64,000 nt of DNA. Origin: Clostridia bacterium. Its GTDB lineage: Bacteria > Bacillota > Clostridia > TANB77 > CAG-508. Under the pieces are notes generated by a model. It was not told the origin of the DNA and did no database searches. It saw nothing but the letters and a program-made list of their open reading frames with translations. Position numbers and translations under genes: made by a program. The DNA is taken from NCBI GenBank assembly GCA_022790975.1, contig JAAVYF010000051.1:8334-72333 (forward strand). The letters run 5' to 3'. Below, in pieces: positions 33,006 to 44,700 of this stretch (within the stretch, counting starts at the first letter, position 1; each line of letters begins with the position of its first letter).

Positions 33006-33221
33006 ATGAGAAAAGATTCAGAAGATTTAAATAAATTAAGATTATTAAAAAACGAATTTTCAGATGCATTGGAAAATGGACATATACAGAAAGCAAATGA
33101 AATTTTGGGTTCTATTGATTCAATTTTTAATAATTTAAGTGGAAAAAGTTTTAGAGAGAATCTTTCTAAAGAGCAACAGCTTAAACTAGCAGAGTTTATG
33201 AATAGTGGTAAAGAAAAATAA
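33006..33221 (+). CDS. small hypothetical protein (71 aa)
   Basis: RBS AAGGAG upstream, immediately precedes tex. Confidence 0.5.
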   Translation: MRKDSEDLNKLRLLKNEFSDALENGHIQKANEILGSIDSIFNNLSGKSFRENLSKEQQLKLAEFMNSGKEK

Positions 33222-33239
33222 GAAGGAATAAAATTTATT

Positions 33240-35403
33240 ATGAATAAAATATATAAAAAAATTGCAGATGAATTAAATATAAGAGAAAATCAAGTAGAAA
33301 GTGCAGTTAAATTAATTGATGACGGAAATACAATTCCATTTATTGCTCGTTATAGAAAAGAAATTACTGGAAATTTAAGTGATGAACAATTAAGGGAACT
33401 AGATGAAAGATTAAAATATTTAAGAAATTTAGAAACTAGAAAAGAAGAAATTATAAGATTAATAGATGAACAAGGAAAATTAACAGATGAATTAACATTA
33501 AAAATTGCTAGTACAATGATTTTATCAGAATTAGAGGATATTTATAGACCATTTAAACCAAAGAAAAGAACAAGAGCAACAATTGCTAAAGAAAAAGGTT
33601 TAGAACCTTTATCTAATATTATTTATTTACAACAAGAAAAAAATAATATTTATGAAATTGCTAAAGAATATATAAATGAAGAAAATGGAGTAGAAAGTGT
33701 AGAAGATGCTATAAATGGTGCTAAAGATATTATTGCAGAAAATATATCCGATAATAGTGACTATAGAAAAAAAATAAAATCATTTGACTTTAGAGAAGCT
33801 GTAATAGTTACAAAACAATCAAAAGATGAGAAATCTCCTTATGAAATGTATTATGATTATAAAGAAGCAATTTTGAGAATACCAAGTCATAGAATATTAG
33901 CAATTAATAGAGGAGAAAAAGAAGAATTTTTAAAAGTTAAATTAGAAACTCCAGATGATAAAATCTTGAATTATCTTGAAAAACAAATTGTACAAGATGT
34001 GAAGAGTCAATTTGCGATAATTTTAAATGAAGTAATCGAAGATTCTTATAAAAGATTAATCGCTCCATCAATAGAAAGAGAAATTCGAGCTGATTTAACA
34101 GAAAAAGCTGAAGAAAAGGCAATTAAAGTATTTGGAAAAAATGCAAAACAACTTTTAATGAGTCCTCCAATAAAAGATATAACTGTTATGGGTTTTGACC
34201 CAGCATATAGAACAGGTTGTAAAATTGCAGTGATAGATAAAACAGGAAAAGTTTTAGCTACAACTACAGTTTATCCAACAGAGCCTCAAAATGACGTAGA
34301 TGGCGCAAAAAAAGTTTTAAAAGAACTTATAGATAAATTTGACGTTAATATGATTTCAATTGGAAATGGAACAGCCTCACGCGAATCAGAACAATTTGTT
34401 TCTAATATGATAAAAGAAATAGATAAAGAGATTTTTTATGCAATAGTTAGTGAAGCGGGAGCTTCAGTTTATTCTGCTTCAAAACTTGCAACAGAAGAAT
34501 ATCCAGATATAAATGTTTCTTTAAGAGGAGCTATTTCTATTGCAAGACGTTTGCAAGATCCATTATCAGAACTTGTAAAAATAGATCCTAAGTCAATTGG
34601 AGTTGGTCAATATCAACATGATGTAAATCAAAAAAGATTAAGTGAAAGTATTACTGGTGTTGTTGAAGATGCAGTTAACTCAGTAGGAGTAGATATTAAT
34701 ACAGCAACTCCATCTCTTTTATCATATGTTTCAGGAATTAATAGTAGTTTAGCTAAAAATATAGTTAAATATAGAGATGAAAATGGAGAATTAAAACAGA
34801 GAAAAGAATTATTAAAAGTTCCTAAATTAGGGCCAGCTGCATTTAAACAATGTGCAGGATTTATTAGAATTTATAATGGAAAAAATCCATTAGAAGTAAC
34901 AGCTGTTCATCCAGAAAGTTATGAGATAGCAGAAAATTTACTTACAAATTTAGGATTTTCTGTGGATAACATATTAGAAAAAGATAAATTAGAGGATTTA
35001 AAATCTGCATTAAAAAAAGTTGATATAGAAAAAATGGCAATAGAATTAGATGTGGGGCGGTTTAACTTTAAAAGATATTATTGATGAAATATCAAAACCA
35101 GGAAGAGATCCAAGAGATTCAATGCCAAAACCTATTTTACGTTCAGATGTACTTAAATTTGAAGATTTATCTATTGGAATGACTTTAAATGGAACTGTAA
35201 GAAATGTTATAGATTTTGGAGCATTTGTTGATATAGGAGTTAAATATGATGGCTTAGTTCATATATCAGAAATGTCAGATAAATACATAAAAAATCCATC
35301 AGATGTTGTTTCTGTGGGAGATATTGTAAAAGTTAAAGTTATAAATATAGATAATGAGCGTCATAAAGTTGCATTATCAATGAAAGTAGATAATGTAGAT
35401 TAA
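33240..35403 (+). CDS. tex: Tex-like transcription accessory protein with C-terminal S1 domain
   Basis: Tex N-terminal, YqgF-like, HhH and S1 regions. Track ORFs 33240..35084 and 35050..35403 join by skipping the C of in-frame CGG 35058 (ELDVG-G-LTLKDIIDEISKPGRDPR). Confidence 0.9.
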
Positions 35404-35497
35404 ATAAAAGAGTTTATAAAAAAAATTAAAAATGTTAGTTAAAAATAATTGATTAAGAATAATTAATTAAAATATAATAAGTTAATTAAAATAAAAA

Positions 35498-35540
35498 ATA
35501 GAACATTTTATAAAAAATACAAAATGTTCTATTTTTATTT
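35498..35540. terminator. bidirectional hairpin terminator
   Basis: Perfect 12-bp stem ATAGAACATTTT / AAAATGTTCTAT flanked by A-runs and T-runs, between convergent genes. Confidence 0.7.
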
Positions 35541-35567
35541 TAATAATATATAAATTAACTAAATTAT

Positions 35568-36344
35568 TTATTCTCCTAAACTTTCAAAAAATTCAAGCTC
35601 ACTTATTATAACATAAGGTTTTAATAAACAATAAAATACTATAATAAAAGGCGTAATATATTGTGTTATTGGTAAAAACAAGTTTAATATTAACATTATA
35701 ATAGAAGCAATTAAAAATAAATTAAGGAATGAAATGATAAGTAAAACAAATTGTAATTTATGTCCCTTCATTATATTAGCTGATTTTTGAACTATTTCTT
35801 TATAAGAAAGCTCTTTATGTGAGTAATAAACATAAGGAATAAGTATATAGTTCAATAAGAAATATAATAATACAATAAATGTTAATACAAAAATAATAAT
35901 TGCTAAAGGTAATAAAGTTTGTGAAAAACAAAGAAATTTTATTTTATTTATGTATGCTACTATAGTTCCTAATAAATAGAATCCTGATAATATAAAAATA
36001 ATTAAAGGAACTATCATTTTCATAATAGCAGTTAATAGAGTTTTTATATATTTAGTTGTATTTTTTATTGTTGTGTTTATAAAGTCAGTAATTGAATTTG
36101 TTTTAACATCAGTTAATTCAATAATATTAACAATTATACCATATCCTAAAAGCAAAGATAAAATTGCAAATATTGCTTCAACTAAAGTATTAACAATAGT
36201 ATTTGGTATAATACTTACTAAAAATCTTTGAATATATGTAAGTATCATAACTACAATAAAATATAATAAAGTAGCCATTGAACATTTTATATAAGTTCCT
36301 ATAAGTTTTGCTTTGGCACTTTTTTTAATTTCTGATATTGTCAA
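35568..36344 (-). CDS. polytopic membrane protein (DUF975-like)
   Basis: 258 aa with multiple TM helices. The N-terminal SEIKKSAKAKL pattern is reminiscent of the DUF975 family. Confidence 0.55.
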   Translation of the reverse strand: MTISEIKKSAKAKLIGTYIKCSMATLLYFIVVMILTYIQRFLVSIIPNTIVNTLVEAIFAILSLLLGYGIIVNIIELTDVKTNSITDFINTTIKNTTKYIKTLLTAIMKMIVPLIIFILSGFYLLGTIVAYINKIKFLCFSQTLLPLAIIIFVLTFIVLLYFLLNYILIPYVYYSHKELSYKEIVQKSANIMKGHKLQFVLLIISFLNLFLIASIIMLILNLFLPITQYITPFIIVFYCLLKPYVIISELEFFESLGE

Positions 36345-36356
36345 AATTATTCCCTC

Positions 36357-37413
36357 CTATGCTACATATTTGTTTTGAATTTCTAAAATTTCATCATAAT
36401 GGTTGTCTAAAATGTTTAAGAATATTTTAGCAATTTCTGGATCAAATTGTGTACCAGAATATTTTTCTATTTCAGCTCTAACTACTTCTAAAGGTAGTGC
36501 ATTTCTATAAGAACGTCTTGATGTCATTGCATCAAAAGTATCTGCTATAGCTGCAATTCTTGCATGTAAAGGTATTGCTTCACCTGCAAGTTTTGAAGGA
36601 TATCCAGTTCCATCAAATTTTTCATGATGATGATAAACAATTGGTATAATATCTTTAAAAATTGTAGCATTAGAAATAATATGTTTTCCAATTGATGGAT
36701 GATTTTTTATTTCATCATATTCATCATCAGTTAATTTACTTTGTTTTAAAAGAATTGAATCTGGAACTCCAATTTTTCCAATATCATGGAAAAGACCACC
36801 AATTTTAAGTGTTTTTAAATCTGTTTCAGGTAAATTCATATATTTTCCAATTAATACAGAATATTCTGAAACCCTGTCAGAATGGCCTCTTGTATATTTA
36901 TCTTTTGCTTCAACAGTATATCTTAAAGTTTCTATACTTTCTAAATAAGCTTTTTCTAATTCTTCTTTTGATTGTTTTAATTCTGTATTTATTTTATTAA
37001 TAATATTCATTTGTTCAATAGATTTAATTGCAGATTCTATTAATAAAAGTAATTGGTCAAATTTATCATTTTTTTCACAATATCCTTGAATTGATAGTTT
37101 TCTAATGGTTTCAAGTGGTGGAGCTAAATCTTTATGACCGTGTTAGTAATAATATATACAAATTATTGTTAAACTTTCTAATTTCTTCAACAACTTTATC
37201 GCCATGAATTGGTGCCATAATAAAATCTAATAGCATTAAATCGAAATGTTCATTTCTTACAAGTTCAATTGCTTCTAATGGATTAGTAACACCAGTTAAT
37301 TGATATCCTGAACGTTTTAGAAATACCGATAAAGAATCAATAATTCCTTCTTCATCATCAACTGCAATAATTTTATATGGTTGTTTTTTGATTCCTTGGT
37401 CTAAATGACGCAT
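36357..37413 (-). CDS. response regulator with HD-GYP domain
   Basis: REC domain (AVDDEE, LLDFIM) in track ORF 37132..37413 and HD-GYP (HDIGK, HHHEKFDGTGYP) in 36357..37010. They join by skipping the C of in-frame CGG 37140 (YILLLT-G-HKDLAPPLE). Confidence 0.85.
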
Positions 37414-37458
37414 TACATTTACCTCCTTTATCTAAAACATATTATAACCTTAATTAAT

Positions 37459-39268
37459 TTAAATTGGAAGAGTAATTTCAAAAGAAGTTCCTTTTCCAAG
37501 TTCAGATTCAAATGTTAGGTTACCATTAAATTGTGTTTTTATATTTGAATAAGATATGAACAATCCAAGTCCAGTTCCATTTTTTCCTTTTGTAGTAATC
37601 ATTTCTTTAAATAATTTATCTTTTATTTCTGGTGAAATTCCGCAGCCATAATCAGTTACTCTAATTTTAATAGAATTTACAGTATTTTCAATAAATAGAT
37701 CTATTGATTTATTTGGATTACCTTCATATGAATGAATAGCATTAGAAATTAAATTGTTAATAACTTGAATTAAATTATTAATATTTCCATGTAAATTAAT
37801 TTCTTTTGTTAAATTATAAGTTGTATTTAGTGTTACTAATGAGTGTTGTAATTCAGGTTTCATTAAAATATTAACTCGTTTAATTAATTCCTCAATTGAA
37901 AATGTTTCATAAGAATCTGATGTAAATGAAACAGCTTGTCCGCGAATTGCACTAATTATATCTGACATATAAGATGTATAGTCTTTAATTTTTTCAAGCC
38001 AAACTGCCATATCTTTAGCAATTTCTTTATGGTCTTCTATTGTAACATTAGAATCATCAATTGAAGATTTGTATTCATTTACTAAATCTGTTAATCCTTC
38101 TGTAGCTCCTGTGATAGAAAAAATAGGAGTTTTTAAATTATGTGCAACACCACTTATCATTTCTCCAAGTGAAGCAAGTCGTTCTTTTTCAATAAGTATA
38201 TTTTTATTAGATTGTATGATTTCTAAATCTTTTTTATGTTCGGTAATGTCTTTTACAAGAATAATAGTTCCTATAAATATATCATTTGATTTTATATTAT
38301 TTAATTCTATTTTTAGAAATTTATTTATATTTTTAAATTCACGTTCAAATATTAGAATTTCATTAGAATCTTGAACTGCTTTTAATGCACTAATTAAAGT
38401 ATCTTCATCTAAACCATCAAAATTTTTTAGATTTAATAAATCAAATACATGAGAAAATTCAAGATTTTTTTCTTTAATTTTAAATATGTTAGCAAATGGA
38501 ATATTATAATTTGTAATAATATTTTTTTCGTTTAAAACTATGTAACCATCTGAAATTCTATTTACAATTTTATTTAAAGCAATAGGTAATGTGTCTAATA
38601 ATTGAAATTTAAATATAGCAAGTAAAAAGCAAATTGTAGAAATAGAATAAGAAATAGGAGTAATATATACAGTTATTTCAATTATTTTTAAAACTCCAAG
38701 TAAATTTAATATAAATGGGAAAATAATTCCTGTTAAAAATAAATTTAATTGTCTAGTAAATACTCCAGAATTCTTTTTAAAGAATTTCATTATTTTAATT
38801 ATTGAAAGAAAATATAATAAATAAGAATATATTTCATTTAATATAAATAATGGTCCAAAAGAGCAATTATTCATATTTATATCATAATTATTAAAAAAGA
38901 AATTTGTTTGCTCATTAGTCCATAATCCGAAATAAACAAACTAAAGGAATAATAAATAATAATAAATGTCTTTGTTTAAATTTTATTTTGGTATTTATAA
39001 ATATATCTACTGTAAAATATAATGATACTGGAAAAAATATGATTCCAATATAATAAAGATAAGAAAAATAAATTGGTTCTATATTTAATATATTTGATAA
39101 GGGGGTTTGTAGTAATGTAAATACACAAGTTATTATTGTTAATATTAAATTCACGCAAAATATTTGCTGTAATTGAGTTTTATTTAGTTTTTTCAAAAAA
39201 TAAATAAAAAAAATTACAATAATAGCAAGTAACATACCAATTGTAAATGAATAAAATAATGTGTTCAT
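37459..39268 (-). CDS. sensor histidine kinase with multi-pass membrane N-terminus and PAS-like region
   Basis: HisKA (GVAHNLKTP) and HATPase (GTGLGL) motifs. Track ORFs 38915..39268 and 37459..38874 join by skipping the C of in-frame CGG 38929 (CLF-G-LWTNEQTNFFF). The junction aligns with LTVLWTNDFHHLF of the paralogue at 39817..41631. Confidence 0.85.
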
Positions 39269-39516
39269 TTTTTACTTCTCCTGTTTCTTTTGTAAAATAT
39301 CTACTATATATTATCTGTTTAAAGTAAAAATAAGTCAATAGAAAATTTATTTTAGTATTAGAATTTTTATGTTACTTAAATAAATACTATGTATAATATA
39401 ATTAAAGCTTATATATAATAAAATTTTATTATATTAAAAATAGAAAAAGTAGCCTGAGTTGGCTCCTCCAACGGTTTACAGTATCTTTGGCTTATGCAGA
39501 GTTGGGTTTAGTTTTT

Positions 39517-39654
39517 TTAAATATAAACATTTATAATGGCAGCTAAAATTGCTCCCAAAAGCCCTCCTAAAAGTCCACCTAAAATACAGCCTAAATACTG
39601 GTTAAAAAATATTCCTAAGGTTACACCTATAGTAGTATAATATGACCGTTTCAT
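39517..39654 (-). CDS. small glycine-zipper membrane peptide (45 aa); contains an ordinary in-frame CGG
   Basis: Not in the track (under 60 aa). ATG at 39654 preceded by RBS AGAAGGA and a TTGACA-16-TATAAT promoter. Sequence MKRSYYTTIGVTLGIFFNQYLGCILGGLLGGLLGAILAAIINVYI. Codon 3 is CGG. The local GC content is higher. Confidence 0.5.
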   Translation of the reverse strand: MKRSYYTTIGVTLGIFFNQYLGCILGGLLGGLLGAILAAIINVYI

Positions 39655-39816
39655 GTTTTTTCCTTCTGGATTATAATTTTATATTTTAATTATATAATTT
39701 TTTTATAGTTTGTCAAAACTGAAAATAAAGTTGATAAAATGCATTTAATTTTTTATTTGGCTAAATAAAAAATAAATGTAAATATTGTTTACATTTATTT
39801 TTAAGATTATATTTTT

Positions 39817-41631
39817 TTAACTAATTGGAATTATAACATTAAATGTAGTTCCTTTATTTTCTTCACTTTCAAATGTGATATCACCATTGAAATGAGCCTT
39901 TATATTTGAATAAGACATAAACAATCCAAGTCCAGTTCCATTTTTTCCTTTTGTAGTAATCATTTCTTTAAATAATTTTTCTTTAACCTTTTTTGGAAGA
40001 CCAGGACCATAATCTTTTACAGAAATAATAATATTACCAGTAGTTTCATCATATTTTGCAGATAAATCTACGTTTTTATCTGCATCAGTTGTTTCATATG
40101 CTTCTATAGCATTTGAAATTAAATTATTTATTACTTGAACTAATCCATTTATATTTCCACTAATCTTCATTTCATTTAACGTGTTATTAGTAACTCTTAA
40201 ATTTGCTAATTTTTTATTTAATTCATGATGCATTAAAATATTTACATGTTGGAATAATTCACTAACTGAAAATAACATGTTTTGTTCTCCAGATAAAGTA
40301 ACTGCTTGTCCTTTAACAGTTGTAATAACTTCACTCATATAAGAAATATGATTTTTTAGTTTATTAATCCATTCATTCATATCTTTTGCAATATCATGCA
40401 TGTCCTCATCTGTAACGGTAGCATCTTCGATGGATTCATCAAATTCTTTTATTAAATCACTTAATCCTTCTAGTCCACCAGAAATTGAGAAAATTGGTGT
40501 TTTTAAATTGTGTGCAATTCCTCCAATCATTTGTCCAAGTGAAGCTAAACGTTCTTGTTCAATAAGTAAAGACTGATTTGTTTTTATCTTTATTTTATCT
40601 TTTTCTTTTTCAGTAACATCTCTTAAAAAGATTAAAGTTCCTATATAAGATTCATTTTTTAAAATTGGAGAAAAATCAATTGAAAAATATCTATCTATTT
40701 CTTCAAAATATTTATCTATAGTAATTTTAGAATTGTTTACTTTTACTAAATCTATAGCTAAAGCAATGCCATCATGAGTAAGGTTTTTAGTTTTAAAATT
40801 TATTGAAAGAATATTTTTATTTAATATATCCTTTTCTTTAAGCTCAAATGTTTCTAAAAATGATTTATTACAAACAACTATGTTACAGTCATTATCAACA
40901 ACGATATACCTATCTGATATTGCGTTTATTATTGCTTGATTTGCAATAGAATTTATATTTAAAAATCCAAATTTATATATTGCAATAAACAATAAAGAAA
41001 CACTAATAGTAAATGAAATTGGAGTTGCATAAATACTTAAATGTATTAAATCCAATGTTCCTACTATATTTACTAATACTGGAATTGCAATAGCTAGTAA
41101 AAATAAAAAGGTTTGAATAGTTATTCTATGACTTTGTTTTATTGAATGTTTTAATAATATTACTAAACTAATTATAATAAGCGAATATGTGTAAAGTGTA
41201 TGAATATAAAAATATGGTCCAAATGTAGATTCTACTAAAAACAGTGAATAATTAGTATAGAATAAATGATGAAAATCATTTGTCCATAGAACTGTTAATG
41301 ATATTATTGGAACTACAAATAACAGCTTATGATAATTTTTTATTTGAAATTTTGGCTTTGCAAAAGATTGTGCTGTTAAATATAAAAATATTGGTAAAAA
41401 CATAATTCCAATATACGTAATATAGTCAAAATAAATTGGCGATATATTTAGTTTATCTGCAAATAAATATTGTAAAAATAAGCAAGAGTCCCAAATTAAC
41501 ATTAAAGAGAAGATTGCATAAAATAATTTAACAATTCTCTTTTTTGATTTTGACTTTTTTAGATAATACATCATGAAAATTAATAAAACAATTGAAATGC
41601 CAAGGAATATTGCAGATAATAATAATTGCAT
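39817..41631 (-). CDS. sensor histidine kinase, paralogue of 37459..39268
   Basis: Same architecture and near-identical HisKA/HATPase blocks (GIAHNLKTPIFSI, MITTKGKNGTGLGLF). Intact in the track. Confidence 0.85.
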   Translation of the reverse strand: MQLLLSAIFLGISIVLLIFMMYYLKKSKSKKRIVKLFYAIFSLMLIWDSCLFLQYLFADKLNISPIYFDYITYIGIMFLPIFLYLTAQSFAKPKFQIKNYHKLLFVVPIISLTVLWTNDFHHLFYTNYSLFLVESTFGPYFYIHTLYTYSLIIISLVILLKHSIKQSHRITIQTFLFLLAIAIPVLVNIVGTLDLIHLSIYATPISFTISVSLLFIAIYKFGFLNINSIANQAIINAISDRYIVVDNDCNIVVCNKSFLETFELKEKDILNKNILSINFKTKNLTHDGIALAIDLVKVNNSKITIDKYFEEIDRYFSIDFSPILKNESYIGTLIFLRDVTEKEKDKIKIKTNQSLLIEQERLASLGQMIGGIAHNLKTPIFSISGGLEGLSDLIKEFDESIEDATVTDEDMHDIAKDMNEWINKLKNHISYMSEVITTVKGQAVTLSGEQNMLFSVSELFQHVNILMHHELNKKLANLRVTNNTLNEMKISGNINGLVQVINNLISNAIEAYETTDADKNVDLSAKYDETTGNIIISVKDYGPGLPKKVKEKLFKEMITTKGKNGTGLGLFMSYSNIKAHFNGDITFESEENKGTTFNVIIPIS

Positions 41632-41700
41632 TTTTGAAATCCTCCTTAATTTAAAATAAAAAGTTTGGTATATTTATTAAAATACCAAACTTTCTTAAAA

Positions 41701-44700
41701 TTATAATTCAAATAAATATAGAATTAATTTTATATATTTCTTATCAATTATAGGCCATTTAAAACCAATTTGTTCTAAAAATTTAACTGAAAAATCATTA
41801 TTTAATTTAATATCTGAAGAATAAATTAAATTAAATTCTGAATCCATATCATTTACAATTGAAGAAATAATAGTTCTTTTGTTTGGATCTTTTAAAGTTT
41901 TTCTTATAAGATTTCTAAAATCTTCATCTGGGATTATAGATGATTTTTCAGAAATTGCTTTTACTAAATCTTCTATTATTATATGATTTGGATTATATAA
42001 ATGCAAGACATTTATTGAATTATTATAAAATTCAATTGATTTTATAACTGATTTAGCTAAGTAGTCAACAGGAGTAAATTCAACTAAAAAGTGCCTTAAA
42101 TTTTCTGGAACATGTCCTAATTTTATAAATGTTTGAATTCTGTTATATAAAGCATTTTCTAATTTATTAATTTGGAAAACACCATCAGAATATCTTGGGG
42201 TTATGTATCCAACTCTTAAAACTAACCCATCTAAATTATTTTCTATAATATTTTCAAATACTAATTTTTCTGCTTCAAACTTACTGTATGTATAAACGTT
42301 TTCAAAAGATTGACCAGCAAAGAATGTTTTTTCATCATAATTTACTTCTTTATTAAAATTATTTAATTTTGATTTTTCTCCTACTAATGTATTTCCAGAA
42401 ACACTTGTAGTTGAAATTTGAACTAATTTTTTATTGGTTTCTAAAGCAAATTTTATTAAATGTTTTACTGCTATTACATTAGTTTTTTCAAAATCACTAT
42501 AATATCCATAATGTTTAACATTTGCAGCAGAATTGATAATACAAGATGTGTTATTTTTTATTAATTCATAATTAGATTTAGAAAGTCCTAAATTTTCATT
42601 TGTTATATCTGATTCAATTGTAAAAATTCTTTTATCAAATTCGTTATCAAATTTATTTCCAAAATAGAAATTTAATCTTTCTTTTAGTTTTTCTTTAATT
42701 GTTAGACCATTTTTTGTTTTTCTTATTAAACAATAAACTTTTATATTAGGTTTTTCATCTAAAAGTTCATTTAATATATGAGCTCCTAAATATCCTGTAG
42801 CCCCTGTTAAAATTACATTTTCAATAGGTATGTAATGTAAATTATTAAGATTATTATAGTTATTTTTGCTAATTAAATTATTAATTTTTGAGTAATTATA
42901 ATTTTTATTAAAAGGAATTACTTCACTATCGATATTTGAATCAATTCGAAGTGCTAAATCTTTTATCGTGTTGTATTTAAAAATGTCACTATAAGGTATA
43001 TTTATGTTTTCATTTAATAATTCTATTTGCAAACGAAGTGCTGTTAAAGAATCTGCACCAATATCAAATAGATTATCAGTAATACTAATAGGTGTTATTG
43101 TTAGAATATTTTCTACTATTTTTGTAATTAGTTTTTCTGTTGATGTTTCTGGATATATAATTTTATCTGAGTTTTTTAAAAATTCTGGATTTGGTAAATT
43201 TTTTCTATCGATTTTACCATTTGGAGTATATTTAAAATCATTCATTTGTTTAAAATATACTGGAATCATATATCCTGGAATTTTTTTTCTCAAATAATCT
43301 CTTAATTTATTTAAATTAATTTTTCTTTCAGCTTTAAAATATGCACATAAAATATCTCTTCCTGTTATATCAGTCTTTACAGTAACTGCTGTATTAGAAA
43401 TGTTTTCAAAAGAAGAAATTTGTTTTTCAATTTCTCCAAGTTCAATTCTAAGTCCGTGAAGTTTTACTTGAAAATCTGCTCTACCAATGTAAACAATTTC
43501 TCCATCTGGCATTAGCTTAGCTATATCTCCAGTATTATACATTTTTGTACCTGGTATAAATGGATTATTAATAAATTTTTCGTTTGTTAAATCTTCACGA
43601 TTTAAATATCCTTTTCCTACTCCATCTCCTCCAATATATAGAGTTCCCGGCACTCCAAGAGGAAGAATATTCAAATTTTCGTCTAAAATATATGTATATG
43701 TATTAGAAATTGGTGTTCCAATTGTGATATTTCTTGTATTGCTTAAATCTTTAATTGTTGACCATACTGTTGTTTCTGTAGGCCCATACATATTAAAAAT
43801 TTTGGATTTAGTAAGAAATTTTAATTTTTTTACTAAATTACTAGGAATAGCTTCACCACCAATTAAAATATATTTAAGTTTTTTTACATATTCTATTGAA
43901 TTTTTATCACTAATTAAAAGCATTAATTTTGATGGTGTTGTTTGTAAAATTTTAATATCATTTTTTAAAACTAATTCATTTAGAGCCTTAGGTATAGTTT
44001 GTTCTTCAGAATTTGCTATAACTGTAGTGATACCAGAACATAATGGTAATAATGATTCTAGTACAAATATATCAAAGCAAATAGTAGTTAATGATACCAT
44101 ATTATAGTCCTTATTAAATTTAATTCTATTGTTAATACCATAAATAAAATTTATAACATTTTGATGTGTTAGCATAACTCCTTTTGGATTTCCAGTTGAA
44201 CCAGATGTGTAAATGATATATGCTAAATCAGAAGATTTTATATTTAAGTTTAAATTATAATTATGATTATTATTGTAGATTTTTTGGTTATTTAAGCTTA
44301 CATCTATAATTGGACAATTAATGTTAAATTTGTTTTTTAAATCATTACTAGATAATATTGTTTTTGTATGACTATTATCTATAATATATTTAACTCTATG
44401 TTCTGGATATGTTGGGTCAATTGGAATATAAGTTCCGACCAGCTTTTAGAATTGCCATCATACAAATTAGCATTTCTATAGAACGATTAAGTAAAATACC
44501 AATAAAATCTCCTTTATTAATATTATTTTGAATTAAATAATAAGCTAAATTATTTATTTTTTGATTTATTTCTTTATATGTTAATTTTGTTTCTCCAAAA
44601 ATAGCAGCAATTTTATTTGGGTTTTTTAATGTTTGTTCCTCAAATAATTGATGAATTGTTTTTGATTTTGGGTATTTTAATTCAGTTCTATTAAATCCAT

